Shown one piece after another: positions 1 through 9,963 of a stretch of DNA of 64,000 nt. Within the stretch, counting starts at the first letter, position 1, and every line of letters starts with the position of its first letter. Origin of the DNA: an uncultured Burkholderiales bacterium. GTDB lineage: Bacteria; Bacteroidota; Bacteroidia; UBA8524. The notes beneath the pieces are model-generated. The model worked only from the letters and a program-made list of their open reading frames with translations, was not told where the DNA came from and made no database searches. A program made the translations under genes and the position numbers. The stretch is taken from assembly GCA_964584305.1 (NCBI GenBank), contig CAZOZL010000005.1, positions 106,288-170,287 of the forward strand. The letters are read 5' to 3'.

Positions 1-320
1 ATTGTACGGGTAGCTGCCACAGGGTAATGGCTGTACACGAGTACAATACTCGTGTACAGCGTTTTATTAACAACCTTGTAGAGTATAAACCCAGCTACGC
101 CATTATAACCAAAGGAAGAAATATTACCGAGCAAGCTGTAATTTATATAAGCGATGGGGCATTAAAAGGTTTTGCTTTTATAGAAAAATCTCAAACGTGG
201 AGCAGCAAAACCGAGTTAGAAAATTATATACAACCCTACAAAGCTACTATTGATGCCGAAATGATAGTATCCTCTTTTTTGCGCCGTAATCCTAATGCCA
301 ATATGGTGGTGTTTAATTAG
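1..320 (+). CDS. 3' end (partial) of a DnaQ-type exonuclease / GIY-YIG (Cho/UvrC-like) fusion protein
   Basis: Frame 3 is open from the window edge (no stop before ATG at 27). The C-terminal sequence ..CTGSCHRV..EYNTRVQRFI..KGRNITEQAVIYISDGALKGFAFI resembles the C-terminal half of Bacteroidota exonuclease-GIY-YIG proteins. This similarity is from memory, not searched. Confidence 0.4.
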   Translation, partial: CTGSCHRVMAVHEYNTRVQRFINNLVEYKPSYAIITKGRNITEQAVIYISDGALKGFAFIEKSQTWSSKTELENYIQPYKATIDAEMIVSSFLRRNPNANMVVFN

Positions 321-448
321 CGTTGGGTGTAACTTTCCTTTTTGTGTTGGGCTATTAAGCATCGTGTTATGTTTCTCTAGAAGCTGCGGTACAGCATTAC
401 TGCCTACTGCGTGCGGGTAGGTTGTGATAGTGAGCGGACTAAAGGCAA

Positions 449-562
449 ACCCCTTCCAAAGTAACCTATTAGCACTACCAAATAAGCACCCTTCCCCTAA
501 AGGGGAAGCCAAATTGTGGTACAGGTGAAACCGCAATACATTGGTAGGGGTTTTCAATTTCA
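449..562 (-). repeat. Dispersed structured repeat: module B plus the D/B junction, inverted orientation
   Basis: The reverse complement matches 12903-12985 (..CCACAATTTGGCTTCCCCTTTAGGGGAAGGGTGCTTATTTGGTAGTGCTAATAGGTTAC..). It also carries AACCCCTACCAATGTATTGCGG, the junction seen at 13081-13103. Confidence 0.75.
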
Positions 563-578
563 AATTTAAAATCCCGAA

Positions 579-3500
579 TTAAAAATCGTAGCCTAAGCCA
601 AACTGGGTAATACGGTCATTAAACCTTCCATTTACAATGCCCCAAGCCCAGTCCAGTCGTAGGTAGTAGCCAAACAGACGAGAGCGTATGCCTATGCCTG
701 TGCTGCCCACAAATGGGCTTTCTGAATTGGTTACGGTAGCTATATAGCTACCACCATCAACAACAGTGGTATTATAAGGTTGCTCACCAAAAGGAGAAAC
801 ACCATACCAAGCGGTACCAATATCAATAAAAGGCACTACCATAAAACTACGTAAATAATCTGCCCTAACGGGTTTTTGGGTAATGTATGCTGCCAGTGGA
901 ATTCTTATTTCACTATTAAAAAGCATATAATTACTACCGTTGCGTATATTTTGAATAAAACCCCTAAGGCTATTGGCTTGCATCTGGAAAACGTATTGCG
1001 AGCCTGTTGCACGGGCAACATCGTTGTTGTATGATGGTCCTACCCAGTTTTCTATACCACCAATATAGTATTGCACTTTTGCACTGCCCATAGAGGCATT
1101 CATGGTAAATCTATTTGCCCAAATTATTTTGTGGTGCAACTTGGTGTATTTTCTATAATCAATGCCTAAGTTAATTATTTGCTGCCCGCTGCCTCGTTCT
1201 ATATTTTGATACACTTCTGTAAATATCTTAAAGCGAGTGCCATAAGGTAGGTTAATGTCTATATTTTTGGTATTGTCATACACCAGCTCGGTTTTATTTC
1301 CTACCCAAGTAAATTTGCTATCGGGTTGTGCAAGGCTGCTACTATCAGTGCCTAAAATAATTTGGCGGTCTTGCCTACCAATTATATACGTTTTTAGTGA
1401 TACTGTTTCATTAAGAGGTATTTTTATACCCCCCGAAAGCTGGTTTATCAATTGCCTATTTATAACTCCTATATCGTTTCTACGCGATAATCGAAAATAA
1501 CCCACTTCCCAGTTTATGCGTTTTTTTCGGTTTTGATATTCTATAAAATAGTCGCTACCATTTAGCGAAAAAGGTATGCGCCCGCCCGCTGTTATACGGT
1601 GGTTGTTTAGCAGGTCGCTCATGGTCGTTTTTACCTGCAAAAGAATGTTTTGATTTGCAAATATGCTTGCACCACCGCCATTGGTGTTTAGGTGGTAGTA
1701 TGAGTTGATTATGCTATTGTCTAACTGCGATACATAATAATCGGGGAACATAGCCGTGAAAAACTTTTTTGCTACGCTTTTTTGGGCAGTATTAGTACTC
1801 TCATCGTCTTTCTTTTCTTTTTTCCTGTTTAAAATATAATCTTCTGGAAAATCAGTTTGAAAATAATAGGCGGGTGTATCCTTCTCCATGTTTTTTAGCG
1901 AGTCCATAGGCACAATGGTAAAATTGCCTTTTTCTCTCACTACATCCTCTTCCCGCTCAATTATCAGCGCAGTTACAGGTACTTTATCGCCATAGTAAAA
2001 ATTAACCTTCGTGCTTAGTCTATATTCGGTAGGTACAATTTTTATATACTGTGCATCTTCTTCAACTTGGTCTGATACATTGGTTTCAAAAATTTGATAG
2101 TGTCCTTCATACATTAGCAAATTATATTCGGCATCATCACTACTTGCCATATCTCTGCCCAGCATATTGCGCTTATAGTTGGTTAGCGGAAAATATTTGT
2201 AAGTAGCAGCAGCATATTCTTTTATAAAAATACTTTGTATAGAATCACCCACTTTATATACTTTACTATTCACTGTTATCTCTTTTTGCTGCCCAATTGG
2301 AAGTGGATATGCACTTAAAACAGAATCGATAGTATTATCGTTTTTTTTAATAAATGCTTTAGCATACATAAATCCTTTCGTTTCTTTACACGTATAGGCA
2401 TTGTAAATACCACTTATATCAGAGGTGAAAGAGTAATAACCTGGTAAATAAAATACGGGCTGCACCTCGTTTACATAAGGGGTATTGGTAATGCGTTTTA
2501 GCAAATTGCTTGTAACGGGGTAATTGTACACAAAAACATCAAAGTTGTTTTCGGGCAGTAATGTTTCAAAGTATTTTGACTTGAAATTAAGAGAATCGTG
2601 GGGGCGGTTTGAGCTAAATATTATTTGGGTTTGTTTATCATTAAATCGGGGGTGCAAATCATCAAAAATATCATTAGTAAGTTGTGTAAGCTCTTTACTG
2701 CTTATAGCGTATAAATATAAATCGGTTTGTCCATTTTTAATTGCCGAAAGCAGTAAGGTATTTTTATCGGCAAAATCAAAACTCAATACTTGGTCGATAG
2801 TTTTGGGCAAAAAGTAACTACCCGTTATTTTACCCTCTTTATCAATTTTTACTAACTTATTTTTTCCTTTCTCAAAAAATATAACCCCCAAGTTTCTTCC
2901 CTTTGGTTCCCATGCTAATATGGGGTAGTTGTAGTTTATAATTTGGTAGCCCTCTTGTTTTCCGCCTTTAAAAACTGTTTTTTCTTTTTTAGTATGCTTA
3001 TTATATACCTTTACACTCCACCGTCCATTTTTATTCATCACAAAAGCAATTTTTCTGCCATTGGGATGTGTTTTTAACTGTGTATGCGGGTATTTTGATA
3101 CCTTATCGGGTATGTTTAGTAATTTACGAGGAACGGTTCTGTCTGCCTCTGTTTCAGTATATTTTTTCTCATAAAAGGCTAACCATTCACTAATAAGCTG
3201 GCGACTGCTAATGCCTAATGAATAACTAATTGCACCCTCAAAACCCCGACTTACACGAGTAAGAAATAAAATTTCGGGTATCTGTTTTTTACCGTATTTT
3301 GTAGCTATGTAGTTCCATATACTATGCCCCGCAAGTATTTCATCCTCCTCACTAAGCCAATTAAATTTCTTAAACTTTCCTGATAGTACGCCATCTCGCA
3401 CTCGGCTATCAATTTTAGTACTCCAGTTTTCTGCTGCGTAGGAGGTAAGCCCCTTAAAAAACCAAGAAGGCAAAAACAATAAACTTGATGATTGTACACG

Positions 3501-3980
3501 CTCTTGTATTGAACTACCATAAATCATTTCACTTAAAATAATCTCAGCAATGCCTTGTTTTATCTGGCGTTCAAAATCGGCGTGGGTGCCATTGTAGTAT
3601 GCTATTACTTTATTATCAACAACATAGGTGTATCCGCCAATATTAAAAACCTGCTCCTTAAGCCCTGTATTACTTTGTCTTAAATCTTCGATAGTATTAA
3701 AAATAGCGATTTCAATTTTTTCGCCTACCCTATACGATAACAGGTCTTCAATTTCCGATACTTTTTCTTCGGCTACAAGCTGGGCATAGGCAGCAAGATT
3801 TTCTCCGCCTTCGTAGTAAAAGGCATCCACCTCTTCACTACTTAGCACCTGCCAGTCCATATTTTTATAGGGCAAACGGTTTTGCCCAAAAGTGGTGTTT
3901 AGTCCCTGTGCATTTACCCAAAAAGGAAACACTATTAGAAGCAGGCTTATGAAAGGGAATATTTTTTTGGTTAACACCAT
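579..3980 (-). CDS. Large outer-membrane protein: signal peptide, N-terminal globular domain, PD40/TolB-like beta-propeller repeats, C-terminal Omp85 (bacterial surface antigen) type beta-barrel
   Basis: 1133 aa. Signal peptide is MVLTKKIFPFISLLLIVFPFWVNAQ. PD40-like strings include QIIFSSNRPHD and GRKIAFVMNKNGRWSVKVY. The C-terminus GIGIRSRLFGYYLRLDWAWGI..FGLGYDF fits the Omp85 C-terminal motif and ends in a terminal F. Confidence 0.6.
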   Translation of the reverse strand: MVLTKKIFPFISLLLIVFPFWVNAQGLNTTFGQNRLPYKNMDWQVLSSEEVDAFYYEGGENLAAYAQLVAEEKVSEIEDLLSYRVGEKIEIAIFNTIEDLRQSNTGLKEQVFNIGGYTYVVDNKVIAYYNGTHADFERQIKQGIAEIILSEMIYGSSIQERVQSSSLLFLPSWFFKGLTSYAAENWSTKIDSRVRDGVLSGKFKKFNWLSEEDEILAGHSIWNYIATKYGKKQIPEILFLTRVSRGFEGAISYSLGISSRQLISEWLAFYEKKYTETEADRTVPRKLLNIPDKVSKYPHTQLKTHPNGRKIAFVMNKNGRWSVKVYNKHTKKEKTVFKGGKQEGYQIINYNYPILAWEPKGRNLGVIFFEKGKNKLVKIDKEGKITGSYFLPKTIDQVLSFDFADKNTLLLSAIKNGQTDLYLYAISSKELTQLTNDIFDDLHPRFNDKQTQIIFSSNRPHDSLNFKSKYFETLLPENNFDVFVYNYPVTSNLLKRITNTPYVNEVQPVFYLPGYYSFTSDISGIYNAYTCKETKGFMYAKAFIKKNDNTIDSVLSAYPLPIGQQKEITVNSKVYKVGDSIQSIFIKEYAAATYKYFPLTNYKRNMLGRDMASSDDAEYNLLMYEGHYQIFETNVSDQVEEDAQYIKIVPTEYRLSTKVNFYYGDKVPVTALIIEREEDVVREKGNFTIVPMDSLKNMEKDTPAYYFQTDFPEDYILNRKKEKKDDESTNTAQKSVAKKFFTAMFPDYYVSQLDNSIINSYYHLNTNGGGASIFANQNILLQVKTTMSDLLNNHRITAGGRIPFSLNGSDYFIEYQNRKKRINWEVGYFRLSRRNDIGVINRQLINQLSGGIKIPLNETVSLKTYIIGRQDRQIILGTDSSSLAQPDSKFTWVGNKTELVYDNTKNIDINLPYGTRFKIFTEVYQNIERGSGQQIINLGIDYRKYTKLHHKIIWANRFTMNASMGSAKVQYYIGGIENWVGPSYNNDVARATGSQYVFQMQANSLRGFIQNIRNGSNYMLFNSEIRIPLAAYITQKPVRADYLRSFMVVPFIDIGTAWYGVSPFGEQPYNTTVVDGGSYIATVTNSESPFVGSTGIGIRSRLFGYYLRLDWAWGIVNGRFNDRITQFGLGYDF

Positions 3981-4079
3981 CTATACGGCAAACTTACAGA
4001 CTTATTTTTAAGTATTAAACTGTTTAATACAGCATTTTGTTGTAATGGTAATAAATTTGATGCCAATATTAGATTAATT

Positions 4080-4721
4080 ATGCAAGTTAGCCAGTTTACA
4101 TTTAATTTTTTTGCCGAGAATACCTACTTATTATACGACGATACTAAAGAGTGTGTAATAGTTGACCCTGGGTGCTATACCAACGAGGAGAAAAAAGTAC
4201 TAAAAGATTTTATACTAAAAAATGAACTTAAGCCTGTGAAATTGCTAAACACGCATTGCCATCTTGATCATGTTTTTGGAAATAAGTTTGTTGTTGATGA
4301 GTTTGGGGTAGACTTGTATTGCCACAAAAAAGAGGTGGAATGGATAGAGCAAGCACCTTATTACTCGCAGGCTATGTATAATATTAAAATTGAACCATTG
4401 CCCTTGCCCAAGTTTTTTTTGGACGAGGGAGATATTGTGAGTTTTGGAAATACAGTATTAGAGGTTTTTTTTACACCAGGGCACTCAACGGGTAGTATTA
4501 CCTTTTATCATAAAGAGAGTTTACAAGCCCTTGTGGGTGATGTTATATTTAAGCATAGTATTGGGCGTGTTGACCTACCTGGGGGAGACTTTAAAGAACT
4601 TGAAAAATCGATAAAAACAAAAATTTATACCTTGCCTGATGATACAGTACTATACGCTGGGCATATGGAAACTACTACCGTAGGCGAGGAAAAGAGAATG
4701 AATCCTTTTGTGAAAGGGTAG
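4080..4721 (+). CDS. MBL-fold metallo-hydrolase (glyoxalase II-like)
   Basis: HCHLDHV (HxHxDH) motif and later GHSTGS..H; 213 aa. Confidence 0.8.
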   Translation: MQVSQFTFNFFAENTYLLYDDTKECVIVDPGCYTNEEKKVLKDFILKNELKPVKLLNTHCHLDHVFGNKFVVDEFGVDLYCHKKEVEWIEQAPYYSQAMYNIKIEPLPLPKFFLDEGDIVSFGNTVLEVFFTPGHSTGSITFYHKESLQALVGDVIFKHSIGRVDLPGGDFKELEKSIKTKIYTLPDDTVLYAGHMETTTVGEEKRMNPFVKG

Positions 4722-4739
4722 AGTAGTAGTATAAACTTA

Positions 4740-5942
4740 CTATTTTGCGTCCTTGCTTTGCGATTTAAATGCGTCTAAATTAAAACTTAAAGTAAACCGT
4801 ATAGTGTTTTGCAAGGGATGGCGTTGTTGTAATGGAGCAAGGTAAGCAGCATCAACTCCAAAAACTTTATAGCGTATGCCTACACCAAAGGTTAAATATT
4901 TACGGTTTCCCTTGCTTGGATGTTCGTAAAAGAAACCAGCACGGGCAGCAAATAATTTGTCGTACCAATACTCAACACCAGTAGATATGCTTACCTCTTG
5001 TAGTTCTTCGGTAAAGCCACCAGGTGAATCAGAAAAAGATTGTATCATACCTTGTATTACAGGCACATCAGGGTCTTTACCACTGACTATTATAGGTCTT
5101 CCATCAGCACCATTAACTCTAGCCCCATTCACATCCACTTCATAAATAGCATTACTAGGTATTAGTAGTTTATTAAAATCAAGTAAAAAACCTATTTCGT
5201 TATACTCATCAACCACGTAGTTTGCATAACCACCCAGTTTTAGGTTGGTAGGGATAAACTGGCGATTGGCACTCGTGGTATAGGTAATTTTGTTACCAAT
5301 ATTAGAAATGTTTAAGCCAAAAGCATAGTCTACTGTTTTACCTTCAAGTTTTGTGCTACGGCGGTAATATGCTGAAACATCACCAGCACCAGCTATACCT
5401 GCTCTTCCCGTTGCGCCACTTTGTTGCAAACCACCTGTTAGGTTAGAGTATATAAAGCGTAATGATATACCCAACGAGAAGTATTTTGAAAGCTGTGTAG
5501 CATAAACACCATCTATCGAAAACTCGTTTGGGTTAAATGAGCCTAATGTGTTACCAGAAATATCAGTAAAATTTATACGACCTAATGAAAAGTATTTTAG
5601 TGATGCGGCAAAAGTGCTACGCTTGTTTATTCTTTTATAGCCTGATAGGTATGCGAAGTTTACATCGTTTACTAATTGCCTTAACCAAGGGGTTATACTC
5701 GTAGATATTCCGCCATCCTCTTTTATAAAAGCAAATTTTGCAGGGTTCCAGTGTATGCTATTTGCATCGGGGGTAAGGGCAACCCCTCCATCTCCTAATG
5801 CCCCTGAACGTGCGTCGGGGCTTATTAAAATAAAGGGAACAGTAGTAGTAATAACGGTACTGTTGTTAAACTGACCTTGCGAAAAAGCTACAGGAGCAAA
5901 CATCAACATCATCAAGCCTGTAACAACTATTCTTCTTATCAT
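4740..5942 (-). CDS. porV: T9SS outer-membrane shuttle/channel protein PorV (LptO)
   Basis: 400 aa with a signal peptide. N-terminal VPFILISPDARSGALGDGGVAL is typical of PorV. It is a beta-barrel and sits directly downstream of porU. Confidence 0.85.
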   Translation of the reverse strand: MIRRIVVTGLMMLMFAPVAFSQGQFNNSTVITTTVPFILISPDARSGALGDGGVALTPDANSIHWNPAKFAFIKEDGGISTSITPWLRQLVNDVNFAYLSGYKRINKRSTFAASLKYFSLGRINFTDISGNTLGSFNPNEFSIDGVYATQLSKYFSLGISLRFIYSNLTGGLQQSGATGRAGIAGAGDVSAYYRRSTKLEGKTVDYAFGLNISNIGNKITYTTSANRQFIPTNLKLGGYANYVVDEYNEIGFLLDFNKLLIPSNAIYEVDVNGARVNGADGRPIIVSGKDPDVPVIQGMIQSFSDSPGGFTEELQEVSISTGVEYWYDKLFAARAGFFYEHPSKGNRKYLTFGVGIRYKVFGVDAAYLAPLQQRHPLQNTIRFTLSFNLDAFKSQSKDAK

Positions 5943-5986
5943 TCGGTTTTTTTGTTAGCGCAAATATATTACTTCATTCAAAATCT

Positions 5987-8900
5987 CTACCTAATAAATA
6001 CCATTTTTTCTGTTTCTTCAATAGTATCACTACCTGAACGTACTTTTATTCTAAACAAGTATATGCCTTGTGCAAGATTATGTCCAGATTCTGCGTTTGC
6101 ATTCCATTCCAATCCATCAAAATTTGAATTTGCACTTGGTACATAGGTATTTAGCGAACGTATTAATTTTCCGTTAGAAGAATAAATATCTACATCAATA
6201 TACAACTCTTTGCCTTGTTTATTATGCTCAAAGTATATTTTAGTTTTATTTCTAAAGGGATTAGGGTAGTTCATTAATGATTTTATTGCCAGCTTATCAG
6301 ATTTTGCTACAAAAAACTCTGTATAGCCTTCCGTGGGATTGTTATACACATCCCATACTCTAACTTTTATATTATGATGCCCATCTTTTAAATTTTTTAG
6401 TGGGAAACGAATTTCACCTTCTTGATAGCTGTTTAGCTTGGCTTCATAATATTCGTTTAGTACAAAAAGTTCTTTTCTATTATTATCTAAAATAGCGGTT
6501 ATATCTCTACCAATACCAGTACCAGTGGTGCTTATTCCGTGCAGGTCTGATACTAAGGCTACAAGGGTAGGGTTTTCATCGGTAATGCCTCCAAAGCGAA
6601 AGGTGGTATCATTCATATATAACCTAACGGTAGGACCTTGCACGTCAATTGGCGCATTTTTGTCTGTTCCTAAAATAGTAAGGCTATCATAAAATCCATG
6701 TGCATCTACTTTTTCGTTATTAGCATAGTAGCTTATTTTGCTATTGCCCAGTGAGTATGAAATATCTTGCGGTACTATAAAACTATACTCAAACTCGCCA
6801 TTTTTAACACTGGCTTTGCCATTATAAATAATGTTTTTGTACATACTATAAGGCTTTTTGCTGCTTTCAGGGTCGTTGGCAAGGGTAGAAAGTTTAACTA
6901 ATTTATCAAACACGGTAGGGTAAACTATACCGTTGAAGGTGCTTAATTTATTGCCGTTTACATCTGCTACATACCCCTTTATAGTAACACTTGATAATGC
7001 TCCTACGGTGTCTAATGCTGCTGCGTTTGAAGTAACATCTACACCGTTAATTTCTGATGTTATTATTTTATTTTCAGGATAAGCAAGCCTAACGGCGGGG
7101 TCTCCTAAAAGTGTAAAGTTGCGGCTATTCAAATCAAGGAAACCGTTTTTAGTTCTGCGATACACATCACCTAATCGAGGCATTTCGCCTGTGCTTAACG
7201 GGTAAAAAATATTATTATCATAAACGGCTCTGTTAAGGAAAAAATTAGGCCAAGCATATACCAGCCTCACAGTGGTAAGCAACGCTATACCACCGCCTTT
7301 GGGGTTAAGCAATACCAATTCGCCTGCTGATGTTCTTCCTGGGTCGTCAAATCTTCCAAATTCGCAAGTTGCTGTGATAAACAAGGGCATATTATCAATA
7401 TTGTCCCAAGCATTTATCATGGGTATATCTACAATTTGCTCAGCAGTTAATCCTAGTTCCCCTCCATGCCCGTTAAAGTTTATTACTAAAGTACCCTTCT
7501 CAAAGCTACGGTTTATTTGTTCGTTAACTTGTGGATAGCGTGTACCACTACCCACAGAAACTTGCTTAAATCCATCAAGGTATATTTTGTTTACGTTATA
7601 CTCTTTATTATTATTTTCTACTATTGATGCAAAAGTCTGTGCGTCTTTAAAGTGAAGGTTGCTATCTTCATCGTCAGCAATAAAAGCAACAGTATTTCTC
7701 CAGTTTCCAAATGCTTTGGGTGTGTTGTAAGCAATTACTTTATCTACCATTTGGCGGGCTTGTTCTTCTGTTTGAACAGGGAAACGCCCAACGCCAATAT
7801 CTACGGTTTCATGTGTATTAAAATTCTCGCTCCAAAAGCCTTCATCATCATCAAGTTGGGTATAAAAATCATCAGAGCAATACGAGTAAACGGGGTTATA
7901 GGTATTTCTGCTTTGGTAGGTAGGCACATAGTTGGTATTGTTTACCTTAATATCTTTATAGTCGTACGATGCGTCGCCAAATAGTAGTAAGTACTTTAAA
8001 CTGTCTCCAGCAGTAGCAGGTCTATCGTACAACATTTTTAAGAAATTTCTTATTGCTGCAATATCTTGCTTGCCCGATGAAAACTCGTTATAAATTTGCT
8101 CAGGAGTAACCACTACCACGTTCAAATTATCATTAGTATTATGAAAATCAGCAAGGCGTTGCGCTTCTTTTACAAATAAAGTATGCGCTACTATTACCAT
8201 ATCAACATTTTTGGTAGTGTGTAAATTTTGGTTTTCTACTTTTTTAGTGAGCTTAATATCAGGAGTTAATAGGGTATTGTTACTAAATGCTACAAACTCT
8301 CTTAAATAAGGCGTAGGTAGTGCAAAAGTTTGTATGTTTCCACTGCTTGTTGTTTGCTGTTGTTTGGCTTCAAGCGGGTTGGTTATTTCCCAAATGCTTA
8401 TATTTTGGTTGTTTGCATCAAAATTAAACCGAGTAAGGTTGCCACCACCCAAAGTTTTGGTGTCTCTAAAAATAACTTGTCCGCCGTTAAACTTCATTTT
8501 TCTGCGAATCACTAACTCAAAAAAGTTAAGCCAGCCTTTATACCCTGGTGTAAGTTGTTGGAAAGTGTATCTAATATTTAAATCGTTACCACTTGCTATA
8601 AAAGTGCCTGAAGCGGTATCGGGAATACTAATAAAATTACCTTCATAGCTAAAGAAGATACCACCAATAGGGTGTTCTAATACTTGTGTGCCATTGTTTG
8701 ATATAAAAAACTTGCACGCCTCGCCAGACCTTGCCACTGCTTGTGAGCGCATTTTTACTGCTTCTGATACAGCACGGTCGGGGATGGCTATTTTAAAATC
8801 GTACGACAATACTCTGTTAAACTCTTCACCATACCAGTCTCTACCCGATTTCAGAAAATTAATATCATCTTTTTCGTGTACAAACAACTCATCAAAAACA

Positions 8901-9832
8901 TCGGTAGTTTTATTTACTGTACCCACTTCTGATGCTTGTGTGGTTACTCTTTTTCCACCCGTTGCACCTACTGTAATATAATAATAGTTGGCATTTGCAT
9001 AGCGGTGTGTGCGGTGCTTATAGGTGAAGCTGGCGGCTTCAAACTCCCATTTGTTTGCTCCTGTACCATAAAAAAGAAGGTAGTCGTTACCATCAAATTT
9101 ACCATTTTGGTTGAGGTCTTTTACCTCAATTGCGTTTTCAATTAAATCATCCGAGTTTGTTTTAGCACTTGCTTGTGGCAACATTCCGCCGCCATTACCA
9201 TATAAACGAATAGACGAAATATCAGCCCCATTAACATTTAAACCTGCTTCTGCTAAAAAATTAACATCTACCTTATATACACCATTTTTTGTTACTTGTA
9301 TTTTGAGCCAGTCGCCGTTTGCCAAAACAGAATTATCAGCCCATTGGTGGGTAGCAGCGGTTTTTGCAATTAGCGAAGGGGTAAAATCAACCTTTAAGCT
9401 AAAAAACGTTACTTTTTTTATTGCACCAGTGGCAGGATCCTTAACAAAAGGAGTAAAAAAAACAGTAGTGGCTGGTTTTCTATTAAGTGTAAATAGTGAA
9501 ACTTTTGCTTCAACTTTATAAGGTATATTAGTTGTGGATATTAAAGCTAACTCTTCTTGTGTTAAGGAAGTTAACTGCATAGAGTTGAAGGTTGCAGTAA
9601 CAGTGGCATCATAACCGTGCGGAATAGTATGCGAGTACACAGGAAGTGTTGAGGCAACGTTTTGATTACTAGCTTTATCAAATGTTAAGAAGGTTTTAGC
9701 ATTTGGTTCAGAGCTTACAGCAACAATTTTCCAGTTAATGAAGTCATTAATATAAGAACTTTGTTGTGCTTGACTTTTTAAGGCAAATGCACAGAAAACT
9801 AAAATAAAAACGTTAAATTTGATATTAAACAT
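5987..9832 (-). CDS. porU: T9SS C-terminal signal peptidase/sortase PorU (C25 gingipain-like)
   Basis: 1281 aa with a signal peptide. It has a gingipain-like central region (LLFGDASYDYK, NFNGHGG, ITATCEFGRFDDP). Its own CTD reads NYPNPFRNKTKIYF..GIYLFRIKV. Linked to porV and gldJ. Confidence 0.85.
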   Translation of the reverse strand: MFNIKFNVFILVFCAFALKSQAQQSSYINDFINWKIVAVSSEPNAKTFLTFDKASNQNVASTLPVYSHTIPHGYDATVTATFNSMQLTSLTQEELALISTTNIPYKVEAKVSLFTLNRKPATTVFFTPFVKDPATGAIKKVTFFSLKVDFTPSLIAKTAATHQWADNSVLANGDWLKIQVTKNGVYKVDVNFLAEAGLNVNGADISSIRLYGNGGGMLPQASAKTNSDDLIENAIEVKDLNQNGKFDGNDYLLFYGTGANKWEFEAASFTYKHRTHRYANANYYYITVGATGGKRVTTQASEVGTVNKTTDVFDELFVHEKDDINFLKSGRDWYGEEFNRVLSYDFKIAIPDRAVSEAVKMRSQAVARSGEACKFFISNNGTQVLEHPIGGIFFSYEGNFISIPDTASGTFIASGNDLNIRYTFQQLTPGYKGWLNFFELVIRRKMKFNGGQVIFRDTKTLGGGNLTRFNFDANNQNISIWEITNPLEAKQQQTTSSGNIQTFALPTPYLREFVAFSNNTLLTPDIKLTKKVENQNLHTTKNVDMVIVAHTLFVKEAQRLADFHNTNDNLNVVVVTPEQIYNEFSSGKQDIAAIRNFLKMLYDRPATAGDSLKYLLLFGDASYDYKDIKVNNTNYVPTYQSRNTYNPVYSYCSDDFYTQLDDDEGFWSENFNTHETVDIGVGRFPVQTEEQARQMVDKVIAYNTPKAFGNWRNTVAFIADDEDSNLHFKDAQTFASIVENNNKEYNVNKIYLDGFKQVSVGSGTRYPQVNEQINRSFEKGTLVINFNGHGGELGLTAEQIVDIPMINAWDNIDNMPLFITATCEFGRFDDPGRTSAGELVLLNPKGGGIALLTTVRLVYAWPNFFLNRAVYDNNIFYPLSTGEMPRLGDVYRRTKNGFLDLNSRNFTLLGDPAVRLAYPENKIITSEINGVDVTSNAAALDTVGALSSVTIKGYVADVNGNKLSTFNGIVYPTVFDKLVKLSTLANDPESSKKPYSMYKNIIYNGKASVKNGEFEYSFIVPQDISYSLGNSKISYYANNEKVDAHGFYDSLTILGTDKNAPIDVQGPTVRLYMNDTTFRFGGITDENPTLVALVSDLHGISTTGTGIGRDITAILDNNRKELFVLNEYYEAKLNSYQEGEIRFPLKNLKDGHHNIKVRVWDVYNNPTEGYTEFFVAKSDKLAIKSLMNYPNPFRNKTKIYFEHNKQGKELYIDVDIYSSNGKLIRSLNTYVPSANSNFDGLEWNANAESGHNLAQGIYLFRIKVRSGSDTIEETEKMVFIR

Positions 9833-9963
9833 AGTGGTGTATGGTATTTAATTGCAAGTTGTATAATATTTTTAACAAATTTGCGTTAAATGTAATGCTG
9901 CAATAACGTATTATTGCAAAGATTAAGTATATCGGATATGTTTTATATGTAAACACATTATTT

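Noticed and set aside
216-563. ORFs lying inside repeat elements: 216..563, 34850..35059, 36688..36873 and 45705..45923
   Set aside because: They are read straight through palindromic repeat modules (for example ..MNCGRFQPAARK..). They have no plausible start context, they sit in spacers and they vary with repeat composition. They are most likely spurious.
4012-4030. AT-rich palindromes in divergent spacers: 4012-4030, 9899-9918, 50773-50793 (MarR promoter region) and 61983-62001
   Set aside because: The arms are 7-8 bp with variable spacers. At this base composition I estimate roughly a dozen or more would occur by chance in 64 kb. None is repeated elsewhere in the window or matches a consensus I know.
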